Origin: an uncultured Gammaproteobacteria bacterium
GTDB lineage: Bacteria > Patescibacteriota > Patescibacteriia > UBA11705 > DATKZF01
DNA length: 64,000 bases
Assembly: GCA_964411255.1 (NCBI GenBank)
Contig: CAYPKD010000006.1
Span: 3,097-67,096 of the forward strand
Direction of reading: 5' to 3'
In this document: piece by piece, positions 48,274 to 57,450 of the stretch
Position numbering within the stretch: position 1 is the first letter of the stretch
Layout: each line of letters opens with the position of its first letter
Notes under the pieces: generated by a model
Databases searched by the model: none
Seen by the model: the letters and a program-made list of their open reading frames with translations, nothing else
Told to the model about the DNA's origin: nothing
Translations under genes and position numbers: made by a program

Positions 48274-48302
48274 ATTATATCATACTATTAATATTTTGTC
48301 AA
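48274..48302 (-). promoter_or_regulatory. Sigma-70-type promoter TTGACA-N17-TATAAT
   Basis: Plus-strand tgtcaa at 48297-48302 and attata at 48274-48279 (TATAAT on the minus strand). Confidence 0.55.
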
Positions 48303-48350
48303 GAATAATATTAAAAATTTACCTAAATTTAGTCATTTTTTTAAAAAATG

Positions 48351-48381
48351 CAAAACCTGAGTTTGCGAAACTCAGGTTTTT
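48351..48381. terminator. Bidirectional terminator
   Basis: aaaacctgagtttgcgaaactcaggtttttt. Confidence 0.55.
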
Positions 48382-48394
48382 TAGTCAAGCAGAA

Positions 48395-48595
48395 TCACAG
48401 CTGCTGACTTGTTTGATCTTTTTTTGAATACTCCTGAATCACCGTGCCATCAGGCAAACTTGAAATGACAGCATGCGACAGCCTCTCGCGACTCTCTAGA
48501 AGTATTCCGTAAAGCTGACGAATTGCAGATTCATCTCCTACAACATGATAGCAACCACAGGACTGAATATCAAGCGCCCATTGCAGACAAAACAT
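48395..48595 (-). CDS. Small hypothetical protein (66 aa)
   Basis: Complete unit: promoter at 48650-48678, SD AGGAGG, ORF, terminator at 48351-48381. Confidence 0.5.
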   Translation of the reverse strand: MFCLQWALDIQSCGCYHVVGDESAIRQLYGILLESRERLSHAVISSLPDGTVIQEYSKKDQTSQQL

Positions 48596-48649
48596 TTTAT
48601 CCTCCTAAACATGTGTAACTACTTTAGTTTTGGATTAACTGAATATTAC

Positions 48650-48678
48650 ATTATATCATACGTTTTTACTTTTGTCAA
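48650..48678 (-). promoter_or_regulatory. Sigma-70-type promoter TTGACA-N17-TATAAT
   Basis: Plus-strand tgtcaa at 48673-48678 and attata at 48650-48655. Confidence 0.55.
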
Positions 48679-48970
48679 TAATGATATTAAAAATTTGCCT
48701 TAATTTAGTTATTCTAAAAAACGAGCCCCAGTATGCAATGCATTCTGGAGCTCTTTGTCCAATGAGCCGGCGAGCTGCAAAGAAGCTGGGGAGATGTGCC
48801 CCAATTAAAGCAGGTAATCCCGCACTCACTCCGTTGACAGCGTCTCACTGAACTTAAAAATAGTACTATATCATATTTTTTTTGTCAACAATGTAAAAAC
48901 TAACAATTTATTAACTTGCCTATTACAGCTTAATTGTATAAAATAGAAAAGCATTAATCCCCACTTCCCT

Positions 48971-50362
48971 ATGGCTGATGATAAGCTTTCTAAAATTCCC
49001 CCACAAAATTTAGAAGCAGAACAATCGCTTCTTGGCTCTCTTTTAATTGATAAAGATGCTTTTTTAAAAATAGCTGACATTATTGAGCCAGAAGATTTTT
49101 ATCGAGACAGGCATCGCATTATCTTTGAACAAATGCGCAAACTATATTCGAATCAAGAACCGATTGATTTTTTAACATTAAGTAATAAATTAGAAGAAAA
49201 CAATCTTTTGGAAAACATAGGAGGAAGAAGCTATCTGACTCAGCTATCAAACGCTGTCCCAACATCAAGCCATATAGTTCATTATTCAAAAATAATACAA
49301 AAAAAAGCAACCCGCCGAAGATTGTTAAACGCTGCTACTGAAATTACGGAAATTGGCTATGATGAAGAACGGGAAGTTGATAAATTACTGGACATGGCTG
49401 AACAAAAACTTTTTTCAGTATCGCAAAAACATTTAAAAAAATCATTTGTCCCAATAGATGATATCCTAAACGAGGCCTTTGACAGAATTGATGATATTCA
49501 CAAAGGGGAAGGTAAACTACGTGGCATACCAACAGGGTTTGGAGATTTAGATAATCTGCTCGGTGGTCTGCAAAAATCTGATTTAGTAATATTAGCGGCC
49601 AGACCTTCAGTAGGAAAAACATCTCTGGCGCTAGACATTGCGCGTCAGGCTGCGATAAAATCAAAGACACCGGTTGGCTTATTCAGTCTGGAAATGTCAA
49701 AAGAGCAGCTGGTTGACCGACTGCTCTGTTCAGAAGCAAATGTTGATTTATGGAAAATGAGAACTGGCAAACTTTCTGACAGAGAAGAAGATGATGATTT
49801 TCCAAGAATAGGTCATGCAATGGGAATTTTATCAGAGGCTCCAATTTATATTGATGATTCAGCAATGTGCAATGTAATTGATATTCGAACCAAAGCCCGC
49901 CGGCTTCAGGCAGAGCATGGGCTAGGATTAATAATAATTGACTATCTCCAATTGATGGAAAGTCGTGCAAATGCAGAAAGCCGAGTACAGGCAGTTGCTG
50001 AAATTACCAGAGCCCTAAAAGGTATTGCGCGTGAGCTTGATATTCCTGTACTGGCATTATCTCAGCTATCTCGTGCTGTTGAAATGAGTAAACCGGCCAT
50101 ACCAAAATTAGCTCATCTTAGAGAATCCGGGTCAATTGAGCAGGATGCTGATATTGTGATGTTTATTTACAGAAAAATGGTTGATAAAAATTACACACCA
50201 GAACAAATTTCTCCAGATGAAAAAAATATTGCAGAAATTCATCTTGCAAAACACAGAAATGGTCCAACCGGTCTGATAAAACTATTTTTTCAGGAACAAA
50301 CAGCCAGTTTTAAAAACTTAGGAAAAAATGTACAAAATATGACTCCGCCTCCACCGCAATAG
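48971..50362 (+). CDS. dnaB: Replicative DNA helicase DnaB
   Basis: Walker A GKTSLA, DnaB N-terminal domain, RecA-like core. 463 aa. Confidence 0.9.
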   Translation: MADDKLSKIPPQNLEAEQSLLGSLLIDKDAFLKIADIIEPEDFYRDRHRIIFEQMRKLYSNQEPIDFLTLSNKLEENNLLENIGGRSYLTQLSNAVPTSSHIVHYSKIIQKKATRRRLLNAATEITEIGYDEEREVDKLLDMAEQKLFSVSQKHLKKSFVPIDDILNEAFDRIDDIHKGEGKLRGIPTGFGDLDNLLGGLQKSDLVILAARPSVGKTSLALDIARQAAIKSKTPVGLFSLEMSKEQLVDRLLCSEANVDLWKMRTGKLSDREEDDDFPRIGHAMGILSEAPIYIDDSAMCNVIDIRTKARRLQAEHGLGLIIIDYLQLMESRANAESRVQAVAEITRALKGIARELDIPVLALSQLSRAVEMSKPAIPKLAHLRESGSIEQDADIVMFIYRKMVDKNYTPEQISPDEKNIAEIHLAKHRNGPTGLIKLFFQEQTASFKNLGKNVQNMTPPPPQ

Positions 50363-50405
50363 TCATATATCATTACCCTTTATTCATTACTCAGTACCAA
50401 CAACT

Positions 50406-50681
50406 ATGTCATTCTTCAATCAAATCAAACAGATGAAACAACTCCAAGCTCAAATGGCCCAGGAATCTACAGAAGGTTCTGCTGGGCATGGCAAAGTAAC
50501 TGTTACTATCAATGGCGTTCAGGAGATTTTGGATGTACAGATAGATGAGAGTCTTTTATCTGACAAAGAAAAACTGCAAGATTTAGTAAAAGATGCAGTT
50601 AATGATGCTGTAAAAAAAATCCAGCGCCAGATGGCCACAAAAATGCGCGGCCAAATGGGCGGTGAACTTCCTGGAATGTAA
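50406..50681 (+). CDS. ybaB: Nucleoid-associated protein YbaB/EbfC
   Basis: 91 aa, typical YbaB sequence. Confidence 0.75.
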   Translation: MSFFNQIKQMKQLQAQMAQESTEGSAGHGKVTVTINGVQEILDVQIDESLLSDKEKLQDLVKDAVNDAVKKIQRQMATKMRGQMGGELPGM

Positions 50682-50697
50682 GCCCCGCTGACTTGCA

Positions 50698-50723
50698 TGT
50701 CATCCCCGCGAAAGCGGGGATCC
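50698..50723. repeat. REP-like hairpin (gtcatccccgcgaaagcggggatcc)
   Basis: Perfect 8-bp stem with a GAAA loop. Family member of 46441-46600 and 63104-63127. Confidence 0.5.
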
Positions 50724-50763
50724 ACAAATTAGTGTTGAATGAACTTACGCAGCGGCCAATTAT

Positions 50764-51369
50764 ATGGTTATCTACCCAACTGAAATAGAAAACCTAATCG
50801 ATAAATTCAATCAACTTCCTGGCATTGGCAGAAAAACTTCAGAGAAGTTTGTTTTTTATTTACTCAGGCAAAATCCACAATTTTTAAATCAATTCGCAGA
50901 TAGCATTTTAAATCTGCAAAAAAACCTGAACTTTTGCCAAACATGCGGCAATTTCTCTGGGACGAAAACTCTTTGTGATATTTGCTCTGATGAAAGAAGA
51001 GACAAATCAATGATTTGCATCGTTGAAGATGTACAGGACCTAGCAGTCATTGAATCAACCAAAGAGTATCGCGGAGTCTATCATGTTCTCGGTGGTCAAA
51101 TAAATCCGCTCGAAGGCATTACTCCTGAAAAGCTTAACATTCAAAAACTGATTGACCGGGTAAAAAAAGAAAAATTTTCAGAAATAATTTTAGCATTAAA
51201 TCCTGACATTCAGGGCGAAGCCACCTCGCTTTATTTATTAAAACTTTTCAAACCATTAGACATAAAATTCACTAAACTGGCCCGCGGCCTGCCAATGGGC
51301 AGTGATTTAGAATATACTGATGAAACCACTTTGACAAATGCGCTTAAGGGGCGGCAGGAGGTTAAATAG
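50764..51369 (+). CDS. recR: Recombination protein RecR
   Basis: HhH, C4 zinc finger CQTCGNFSGTKTLCDIC, Toprim domain. Confidence 0.85.
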   Translation: MVIYPTEIENLIDKFNQLPGIGRKTSEKFVFYLLRQNPQFLNQFADSILNLQKNLNFCQTCGNFSGTKTLCDICSDERRDKSMICIVEDVQDLAVIESTKEYRGVYHVLGGQINPLEGITPEKLNIQKLIDRVKKEKFSEIILALNPDIQGEATSLYLLKLFKPLDIKFTKLARGLPMGSDLEYTDETTLTNALKGRQEVK

Positions 51370-51495
51370 TGAAATGTTTTACAATATTTTTTTAAAAAAA
51401 AAGAACGTTCATTGAACGTCCAAATAGTATGTTGGGGCTGCCGCATCGCTCACCCGAAGTTAATATTCGCATAATAGGTCTTGGCAATTCAGGGT

Positions 51496-51762
51496 TTATT
51501 CCCTTTCCTGATCCCACAGACTGTTCAGATCGCGGGTTTCACCCATATGAGATGATGTTCCTTGTTTACATGCTCTTTGTATACGCTTGTCGATTACGCG
51601 ATTATACCGTTCGATAGTCTCGCATACAGCTTCCTTAAGTATCCATTCGCGCAATTCTTTTTCTGACATCTCATTAGAGATATAAGATTCAGAATTATCC
51701 GACCAAACCCTAAATCGCAATTCTCCATTCTCGGTCTTTCGGGCATGAATGCAATTTGACAT
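51496..51762 (-). CDS. Hypothetical protein (88 aa), GC-elevated cassette gene
   Basis: SD AGGAAG. Promoter-like TTGACA/AT-rich -10 at ~51822-51851. Confidence 0.4.
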   Translation of the reverse strand: MSNCIHARKTENGELRFRVWSDNSESYISNEMSEKELREWILKEAVCETIERYNRVIDKRIQRACKQGTSSHMGETRDLNSLWDQERE

Positions 51763-51964
51763 AACTGCTTCCTATTGTTGAATGAATGTACTTTTTTGTC
51801 AAAAAATCTTGACGTTTAAGTATTACATATTATTAATATATATGTCAATAGTAAATAACAAAAACTCGAAGCAACAAAAGATATTAAAATTGTTTATGTG
51901 CCAATAAAAGAGCTTGATAAAAAAAGCCCGGCGGGAAATTCCACGCGGGGCTAAACTTGAGGAG

Positions 51965-52078
51965 TTAAGGCCGCTTACTTTTTACGTAAGCATCAGCCAT
52001 ATCTTTCCAAGTGGCATCCTCGGGCAGACCACGACGGACTGCCGCCTCTTTGCGGTGCTTTTCTTCTGAGTCAGACAT
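51965..52078 (-). CDS. Small protein (37 aa), second gene of a bicistronic GC-rich cassette
   Basis: Not in the ORF track (<60 aa). SD GGAGGG 5 nt before the ATG. Hairpin plus T-run terminator follows at ~51915-51950. Confidence 0.35.
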   Translation of the reverse strand: MSDSEEKHRKEAAVRRGLPEDATWKDMADAYVKSKRP

Positions 52079-52108
52079 AATTCCCTCCATATTTCATTTA
52101 GATATCTG

Positions 52109-52432
52109 TCAGCTCAGGACACCGCAGGATCCGAAATTCGGAATCCAAAGAAGGACGCACGGCCAATTCTTCAGGAGATTACGCTTTGGAGTTAGATGCA
52201 CAAGCGTGCCATCACAGAACTCAGTGACTTGCGCCACCTGTCCGCTCAGGATCTCCCAACGCCCGAGGAAACGGCATGGCACAGTGAAGTGCCTGTCCTT
52301 GCGTACCATGTTACGGAAGTTGACCCTCTCCAGAAAAGATCTCCGAACCCCAATGAAGAGGCTTTCGGGATTTCTGGGTCGACCGCTCGTGTCGAGACGT
52401 TCACGTATTGCCTGTTCTGCTGTATAAGACAT
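52109..52432 (-). CDS. Hypothetical protein (107 aa), first gene of a bicistronic GC-rich cassette
   Basis: SD GGAGGG 4 nt before the ATG. Promoter at 52486-52514. Confidence 0.45.
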   Translation of the reverse strand: MSYTAEQAIRERLDTSGRPRNPESLFIGVRRSFLERVNFRNMVRKDRHFTVPCRFLGRWEILSGQVAQVTEFCDGTLVHLTPKRNLLKNWPCVLLWIPNFGSCGVLS

Positions 52433-52485
52433 TCTCTCCCTCCATTGAGGTAAATGCCGGCTGGTGAATTCCAGACGGATATCCC

Positions 52486-52514
52486 ATTATATCATAAAAT
52501 ACTTATTTTGTCAA
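52486..52514 (-). promoter_or_regulatory. Sigma-70-type promoter TTGACA-N17-TATAAT
   Basis: Plus-strand tgtcaa at 52509-52514 and attata at 52486-52491. Confidence 0.55.
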
Positions 52515-52623
52515 CCTTAATCACACAAGCACGATGTGTTCATGTTATGTTATAATAGTTACATATAATGGTTAATTATATAAAATGCCATTAATTTTTT
52601 TATATACATAACATATATTTACT

Positions 52624-53421
52624 ATGAAAAAAATGTTAATAATTTCAACTATTAAAGATCTATCCATTCCTCTGTTTCTAACGCAAAAAATACAAAAAAA
52701 AATAAATGTGGATTTTTGTTTTTTTCATGAAAGCACTGATGAAATTAAAAAAAAGTTAGTTGCTAATAACTATAATTATATTTATATTAGAGATCCTTTT
52801 AATTATGTTTATGATAAGGGTAATATTGAAGAAAAATTTAATGTTATTTTAAATAATCGAAAGAAAAGTTATCTGGTTGATAATCTTAAAATATTGGATG
52901 ACATCTATTTTGAGGATAAATGGAAACAGTACCAATTGTTTGAGGAATTTATGCCAAAGACAAAACTCTTAACAAACACTAAGGATGTTGATAATTCTAG
53001 GCTGATTACCAAACAAAGGATTTCAAGCAGAGCAAAAGGAATAGTCTTTAATTCTAAAGATATGGTTAGTGACAATCTGTCAGATTATATAATTCAGAAA
53101 AAAATCAAAATAGATGAGGAATATCGTGTTTATGTTATTTTTAATAAAATAATCAAAGAAGCATCGCTAAAAAGTCCAAAAACTCAACACTCAAAGGTAA
53201 AAGTGATTGGTTATAAAAAGATATCTACTAAAATAACAAATTTTGTAAACAATATAATTAAGCAAAATAAATTTGATTTTATTGGTTTAGATATAGCAAA
53301 AAGTAAGAATAATTTATATTTATTAGAAGTTAACAGAAGCTGTTTATTCAATGGATATTTTAGTAACAATCAAATTAATTTAGCAGAAACATTTATTGAT
53401 AAACTTTTGAAAAAGAATTGA
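52624..53421 (+). CDS. ATP-grasp-fold ligase (RimK-like)
   Basis: C-terminal FIGLDIAKSKNNLYLLEVNRSCLFNGY matches the ATP-grasp GLD...LEVN signature. Very low GC. Confidence 0.5.
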   Translation: MKKMLIISTIKDLSIPLFLTQKIQKKINVDFCFFHESTDEIKKKLVANNYNYIYIRDPFNYVYDKGNIEEKFNVILNNRKKSYLVDNLKILDDIYFEDKWKQYQLFEEFMPKTKLLTNTKDVDNSRLITKQRISSRAKGIVFNSKDMVSDNLSDYIIQKKIKIDEEYRVYVIFNKIIKEASLKSPKTQHSKVKVIGYKKISTKITNFVNNIIKQNKFDFIGLDIAKSKNNLYLLEVNRSCLFNGYFSNNQINLAETFIDKLLKKN

Positions 53422-53651
53422 TTCATTCTATGAGTTTAGAAAAACCAAGCACTCAAAAACAAAAAATGAGTTTTGATCAACTTCAGGATTTTGTAAACGA
53501 CCCCGCTCTTGATTTACCAGAACTAAGAAGAGACTTGTCAAAACCAGAAAATCTAAAATGGTTAATCCAAAACATTGGTATTCGAAATAATGTCCCCAGA
53601 AAGATTGTTATCAGACTTAAAAAAGAATTTATTAAAGCAATGGAAAAATAA
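53418..53651 (+). CDS. Small protein (77 aa) translationally coupled to the ATP-grasp gene
   Basis: ATGA overlap with the upstream stop. Confidence 0.35.
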   Translation: MIHSMSLEKPSTQKQKMSFDQLQDFVNDPALDLPELRRDLSKPENLKWLIQNIGIRNNVPRKIVIRLKKEFIKAMEK

Positions 53652-53688
53652 ATTAAACAATGTTTTTTTGTTTATCCAACTTTCATTT

Positions 53689-54930
53689 ATGAAAAACAGC
53701 AGATACAACTTAGCTGTAATTGGCGGCGGACCAGCTGGCATGATTGCTGCCGGACGTGCGGGAGAACTTGGCTCCCGTGTTATTTTGCTTGAAAAAAACG
53801 AACAGCTGGGAACAAAACTTTTAATCACTGGCAAAGGCAGATGTAATATCACTAACGCAGAAGATGATTTAAAAAAAATAATAAATATTTACGGAATAAA
53901 TGGAAAATTCTTATACTCTGCTTTAAACAAATTTTCTAATAAGGACACAGTGGATTTTTTTGAAAACCATGGAATTAAAACAAAAGTGGAAAGAGGCAAC
54001 AGAGTCTTCCCGGCGTCAGATAATGCTAAAGATATTCTAAATTGTTTAACAAAATATTTAAAAGATAATAATGTTACGATCAAATTTAACAGCGCAGTTG
54101 ATAAAATACTTATCAGTAATGAAAACAAAATCAAAAAACTTATCCTGAAAAACAGCAAAGAAATTATTGCAGATAATTATGTCATTGCCACTGGAGGAAA
54201 ATCATATCCTAAAACCGGCTCCACCGGTGATGCATACAAATGGCTAAAAAAACTTGGTCATACCATAGTAACGCCAAAGCCAGCGCTTTCCCCTATTATG
54301 GTCAAAGAAAAAATTGTAAAAGAACTTGAAGGTTTGAGTTTAAAAAATGTAGAAGTAAGCTTATGGAAAAAACGCAAGATTGAGGCATGTTTTGGGGAGG
54401 CATTATTCACCGCCAATGGTTTAAGTGGGCCAACAGTATTAAATTTAAGTAAAAAAATAAATGAATGCAAAACGAATAATTTAAAAATAAAAATAGACTT
54501 TAAACCTGCGCTTGACTACCCTACTTTGGACAAAAGAATCCAAAGAGATTTTGCAGAACAGAGCAACAAACAATTTAAAAATAGCTTAGACAAATTGCTA
54601 CCTAAAAAGCTTATCCCTGTTATCATAAAATTATCTGGAGTTGATAAAAATAAGAAAATAAATGAAATAACAAAAATTGAAAGGAAAAAGATTGTTAAAC
54701 TATTGAAGGAATTTGAACTTAATGTTAAATGTCTGGTCGGTTTTGAAAAAGCGATTATAACTTCAGGCGGCGTGGCTTTAAAAGAAGTAGATCCAAAAAC
54801 AATGAAATCAAAAATTATAAACAACTTATATTTTGCCGGTGAAATTTTAAATATCGACGGGCCAACTGGCGGATACAATCTGCAAGTTGCCTGGAGTACA
54901 GGATATTTAGCAGGTGAAAATAAATTTTAA
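53689..54930 (+). CDS. HI0933/BaiN-family FAD-dependent oxidoreductase (aminoacetone-oxidase-like flavoprotein)
   Basis: LAVIGGGPAGMIAAGRA..LEKN..LGTKLLITGKGRCNITN. The ORF opens at 53575, but the likely start is MKNSRYN. Confidence 0.65.
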   Translation: MKNSRYNLAVIGGGPAGMIAAGRAGELGSRVILLEKNEQLGTKLLITGKGRCNITNAEDDLKKIINIYGINGKFLYSALNKFSNKDTVDFFENHGIKTKVERGNRVFPASDNAKDILNCLTKYLKDNNVTIKFNSAVDKILISNENKIKKLILKNSKEIIADNYVIATGGKSYPKTGSTGDAYKWLKKLGHTIVTPKPALSPIMVKEKIVKELEGLSLKNVEVSLWKKRKIEACFGEALFTANGLSGPTVLNLSKKINECKTNNLKIKIDFKPALDYPTLDKRIQRDFAEQSNKQFKNSLDKLLPKKLIPVIIKLSGVDKNKKINEITKIERKKIVKLLKEFELNVKCLVGFEKAIITSGGVALKEVDPKTMKSKIINNLYFAGEILNIDGPTGGYNLQVAWSTGYLAGENKF

Positions 54931-54963
54931 AAACCTCTGTTCTTCAGAAATTCCCTTAATCAA

Positions 54964-55242
54964 ATGACACAAACAAATACGTTAAAAAATTTGCAGACAA
55001 TTCCAGGGGTTGGCAAAAGCCTTGCAGAAAAATTTTGGGATATTGGAATAAAAAAATTCTCAGATCTAAAAGGCAAGGATCCAGAAAAATTATTTTTTAA
55101 AATTTGCGCTAAACAAGGTTATCAGGTTGATCGCTGCGTTCTTTATGTCTGCCGCTGCGCGGTTTATTTTGCTCAAACAAAAAATCCTGATCCGGGAAAA
55201 TTAAAGTGGTGGAATTGGAAAGATAAAAAACTCATGATATAA
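54964..55242 (+). CDS. Helix-hairpin-helix domain protein (Cdd1/pathogenicity-locus-like)
   Basis: LQTIPGVGKSLAEKFWDIGIKKFSDL HhH motif. Confidence 0.45.
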   Translation: MTQTNTLKNLQTIPGVGKSLAEKFWDIGIKKFSDLKGKDPEKLFFKICAKQGYQVDRCVLYVCRCAVYFAQTKNPDPGKLKWWNWKDKKLMI

Positions 55243-55280
55243 TACAATCAAATGTATTAATTCTAACTTTACTAAATAAT

Positions 55281-55544
55281 ATGAAAAATCCATTTGAATC
55301 GTTATTTAAACGAGAAAACCAAGAAACATTAAAAACAGAAGATTTACCTTCTCCGATTATGGAAGAACTTAAACGCCATTCAATCGTTCCTGACGATATC
55401 ACAAAAATTACGGTGAATAATAGTATCCAACATATTGACGGAAGACAATTTTATAAAATTAAATTAAAAGATGGGCGTACAGTAAAAGTGGATTTTATTG
55501 GAGAAGGATATATTGTTGAAAAATTTGCCATTGAAGACAAATAA
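55281..55544 (+). CDS. Hypothetical protein (87 aa)
   Basis: ORF only. Confidence 0.35.
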   Translation: MKNPFESLFKRENQETLKTEDLPSPIMEELKRHSIVPDDITKITVNNSIQHIDGRQFYKIKLKDGRTVKVDFIGEGYIVEKFAIEDK

Positions 55545-55567
55545 AAATTTGTTTTTACCTTTTAACT

Positions 55568-55598
55568 TAATTAAAAAACCGCACAAATATTATTGTGT
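55568..55598. terminator. Terminator hairpin (accgcacaa..ttgtgtggt family; related copies at 56058-56090 and 56472-56500)
   Basis: A-run, hairpin, T-run. Confidence 0.45.
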
Positions 55599-55605
55599 GG
55601 TTTCT

Positions 55606-55995
55606 TTATTCCTCTTCTTTTTGCTTTAATCCCATTCTCTCCATAGAGATTGGGCAAAGCCTCTTTGGAAAAATCTGAAGGCTGTCAAGCAGCATATCCA
55701 AATATTTCCTTAAAACAGGAATAGGCACATTATTTCTGGTAGTAACTTCTTCATCAATTTCAATAGTAACTTTGAAAGTAGTGCCTGAGTCACCTGTTGA
55801 ATGAATATCCAGTTCAGCCAGATTCATCATTGGCCTTTTTTTATTTGAACTCTCTCTTGCTAAATCAAGTTCATCCAATACCTTATTTAAATCATTATCA
55901 TTACTGTTCACCAGCGCAGTCACGCCTGCCAGCGCTTTATGGCTGATGCCTTCAAGAGTGATCTTCATGGCAAATACCTCCGTTTTTGTTGCCAA
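55606..55995 (-). CDS. Hypothetical protein (129 aa)
   Basis: ORF with SD GGAGG and an upstream TTGACAA promoter motif (~56025). Confidence 0.4.
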   Translation of the reverse strand: MATKTEVFAMKITLEGISHKALAGVTALVNSNDNDLNKVLDELDLARESSNKKRPMMNLAELDIHSTGDSGTTFKVTIEIDEEVTTRNNVPIPVLRKYLDMLLDSLQIFPKRLCPISMERMGLKQKEEE

Positions 55996-56075
55996 AAGAG
56001 TAACAATTCATTATACAACACTTATTAAATTTTGTCAATGGGAAGGTAGATTCGTAGACAAAAAACCACACAAAT

Positions 56076-56396
56076 TTATTGCGTGGATCTTTCATCCTCA
56101 TCATCTGATGGGCCTACTTTAAAATCAAAATCTCCAGGTAAAATGTCCAGTATTTCAGATACCGTTTTCAGGATTTCTCTGACAAATTCTTTTGGTACAC
56201 GTCTTGTTCCATGATCTATTGTCTCAACTATATCAACTGAAACTGAAAATGTCTGTGACTCTCTATCAAAAATGCATTCATGTAAAATAACAAGATCCTC
56301 ATCAATCGCTCTTTTCTTATATGTGAGTTTAGGAGCTTGGATATATTCCCATAATACAATCAATTTCGCAAAACTGATTTTCTTTTCAATTCTCAT
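56076..56396 (-). CDS. Hypothetical protein (106 aa)
   Basis: ORF with SD and an upstream promoter-like motif. Confidence 0.4.
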   Translation of the reverse strand: MRIEKKISFAKLIVLWEYIQAPKLTYKKRAIDEDLVILHECIFDRESQTFSVSVDIVETIDHGTRRVPKEFVREILKTVSEILDILPGDFDFKVGPSDDEDERSTQ

Positions 56397-56563
56397 CTCT
56401 TCCCTCCTCTTGCCAAATTGGCCTTCTCAAAATATTAGCAGACATATATAAATACGTCAAAATTAAAAAACCCACGCAACATGTTGCGTGGATTTTGGTT
56501 CCCTATTGACACTCAATTAATTCTATAATATAATAACCGGCTATTTGAAAAGGAGGTAATCTG

Positions 56564-56863
56564 ATGCCAAAAGGAAAAAGCCAATCTGCTAAAAGTCGGG
56601 GCAGGCACACAACATACCTAGATACCAATTGGATGAAAAAATTCGTAAAGAATGCAAAAAAAGAGCCTACTGTTCAAGGTATTAATTTAGGTCCTATTAC
56701 AAAAAAAACAGGCAAGACGAATTATCCGTACAGCGCAAAAAAAGTACATACTGGGATTGAGATAATTGTGTTTGCGTCCAGGCAAAAACAACTGGTGATT
56801 CTGCACACCACATGTCCGAAAAAAACAGCAAAAGCTCTTAAGCTCCAGCTGAAAGGCAGTTGA
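56564..56863 (+). CDS. Hypothetical basic protein (99 aa)
   Basis: SD AAAGGAGGT 7 nt before the ATG. Confidence 0.45.
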   Translation: MPKGKSQSAKSRGRHTTYLDTNWMKKFVKNAKKEPTVQGINLGPITKKTGKTNYPYSAKKVHTGIEIIVFASRQKQLVILHTTCPKKTAKALKLQLKGS

Positions 56864-56926
56864 GGTTAATCATCTCACTATACCAAAAAGACAGGCCCCA
56901 TTTGCCTGTCTTCTTTTTATAAAAAT

Positions 56927-57352
56927 TTATTTTTTTGTTGTAGTCTTTTTAGGAGTAGATTTTTTAGCTGCAGGTTTCTTAGTTGCCGGTTTCTTTGCTA
57001 CAGTTTTTTTCGCCGGTGCTTTCTTAGCTACAGCCTTAGCGCCACCAACACTTAAAATCTTAACTTCAGTATATGGCTGCCGATGGCCTTGCTTTCTTCG
57101 ATATCGAGTTTTACTTTTAAATTTAATAATTGTCACTTTGTTTGCTCTTCCCTGCTCTAAAATTTCAGCTTCAACTTTTTTTGTAACTTTTGGCGTACCA
57201 ACATCAACACTCTTTCCAGCATCATCAGCAATTAATAAAGTTTCAAACTTAACTTTATCGCCTGCTTTGCCTTTAATTTTTTCTATCTTTAATTGTTGGT
57301 TAGGCTTAACTTTATACTGTTTGCCTCCGGTTTTAATTACTGCAATTGACAT
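56927..57352 (-). CDS. rplU: 50S ribosomal protein L21 with Lys-rich C-terminal extension
   Basis: MSIAVIKTGGKQYKV...KFKSKTRYRRKQGHRQPYTEV, typical of L21. Confidence 0.8.
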   Translation of the reverse strand: MSIAVIKTGGKQYKVKPNQQLKIEKIKGKAGDKVKFETLLIADDAGKSVDVGTPKVTKKVEAEILEQGRANKVTIIKFKSKTRYRRKQGHRQPYTEVKILSVGGAKAVAKKAPAKKTVAKKPATKKPAAKKSTPKKTTTKK

Positions 57353-57450
57353 ATTTTTGTAGTGAGTAATGAGTAATGAGTAACGCGTAATTATAAAATT
57401 AATATAACAAGATCGATTATAGCTTGTATTTTAAATTTCGTCAAGTTGTT

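Noticed and set aside
52011-52427. 138-aa plus-strand ORF antisense to the 107-aa cassette gene (also 52196-52453)
   Set aside because: The minus-strand genes have a consensus promoter, strong SDs and a terminator. The plus-strand ORF has none and is attributed to GC richness. Not fully excluded.
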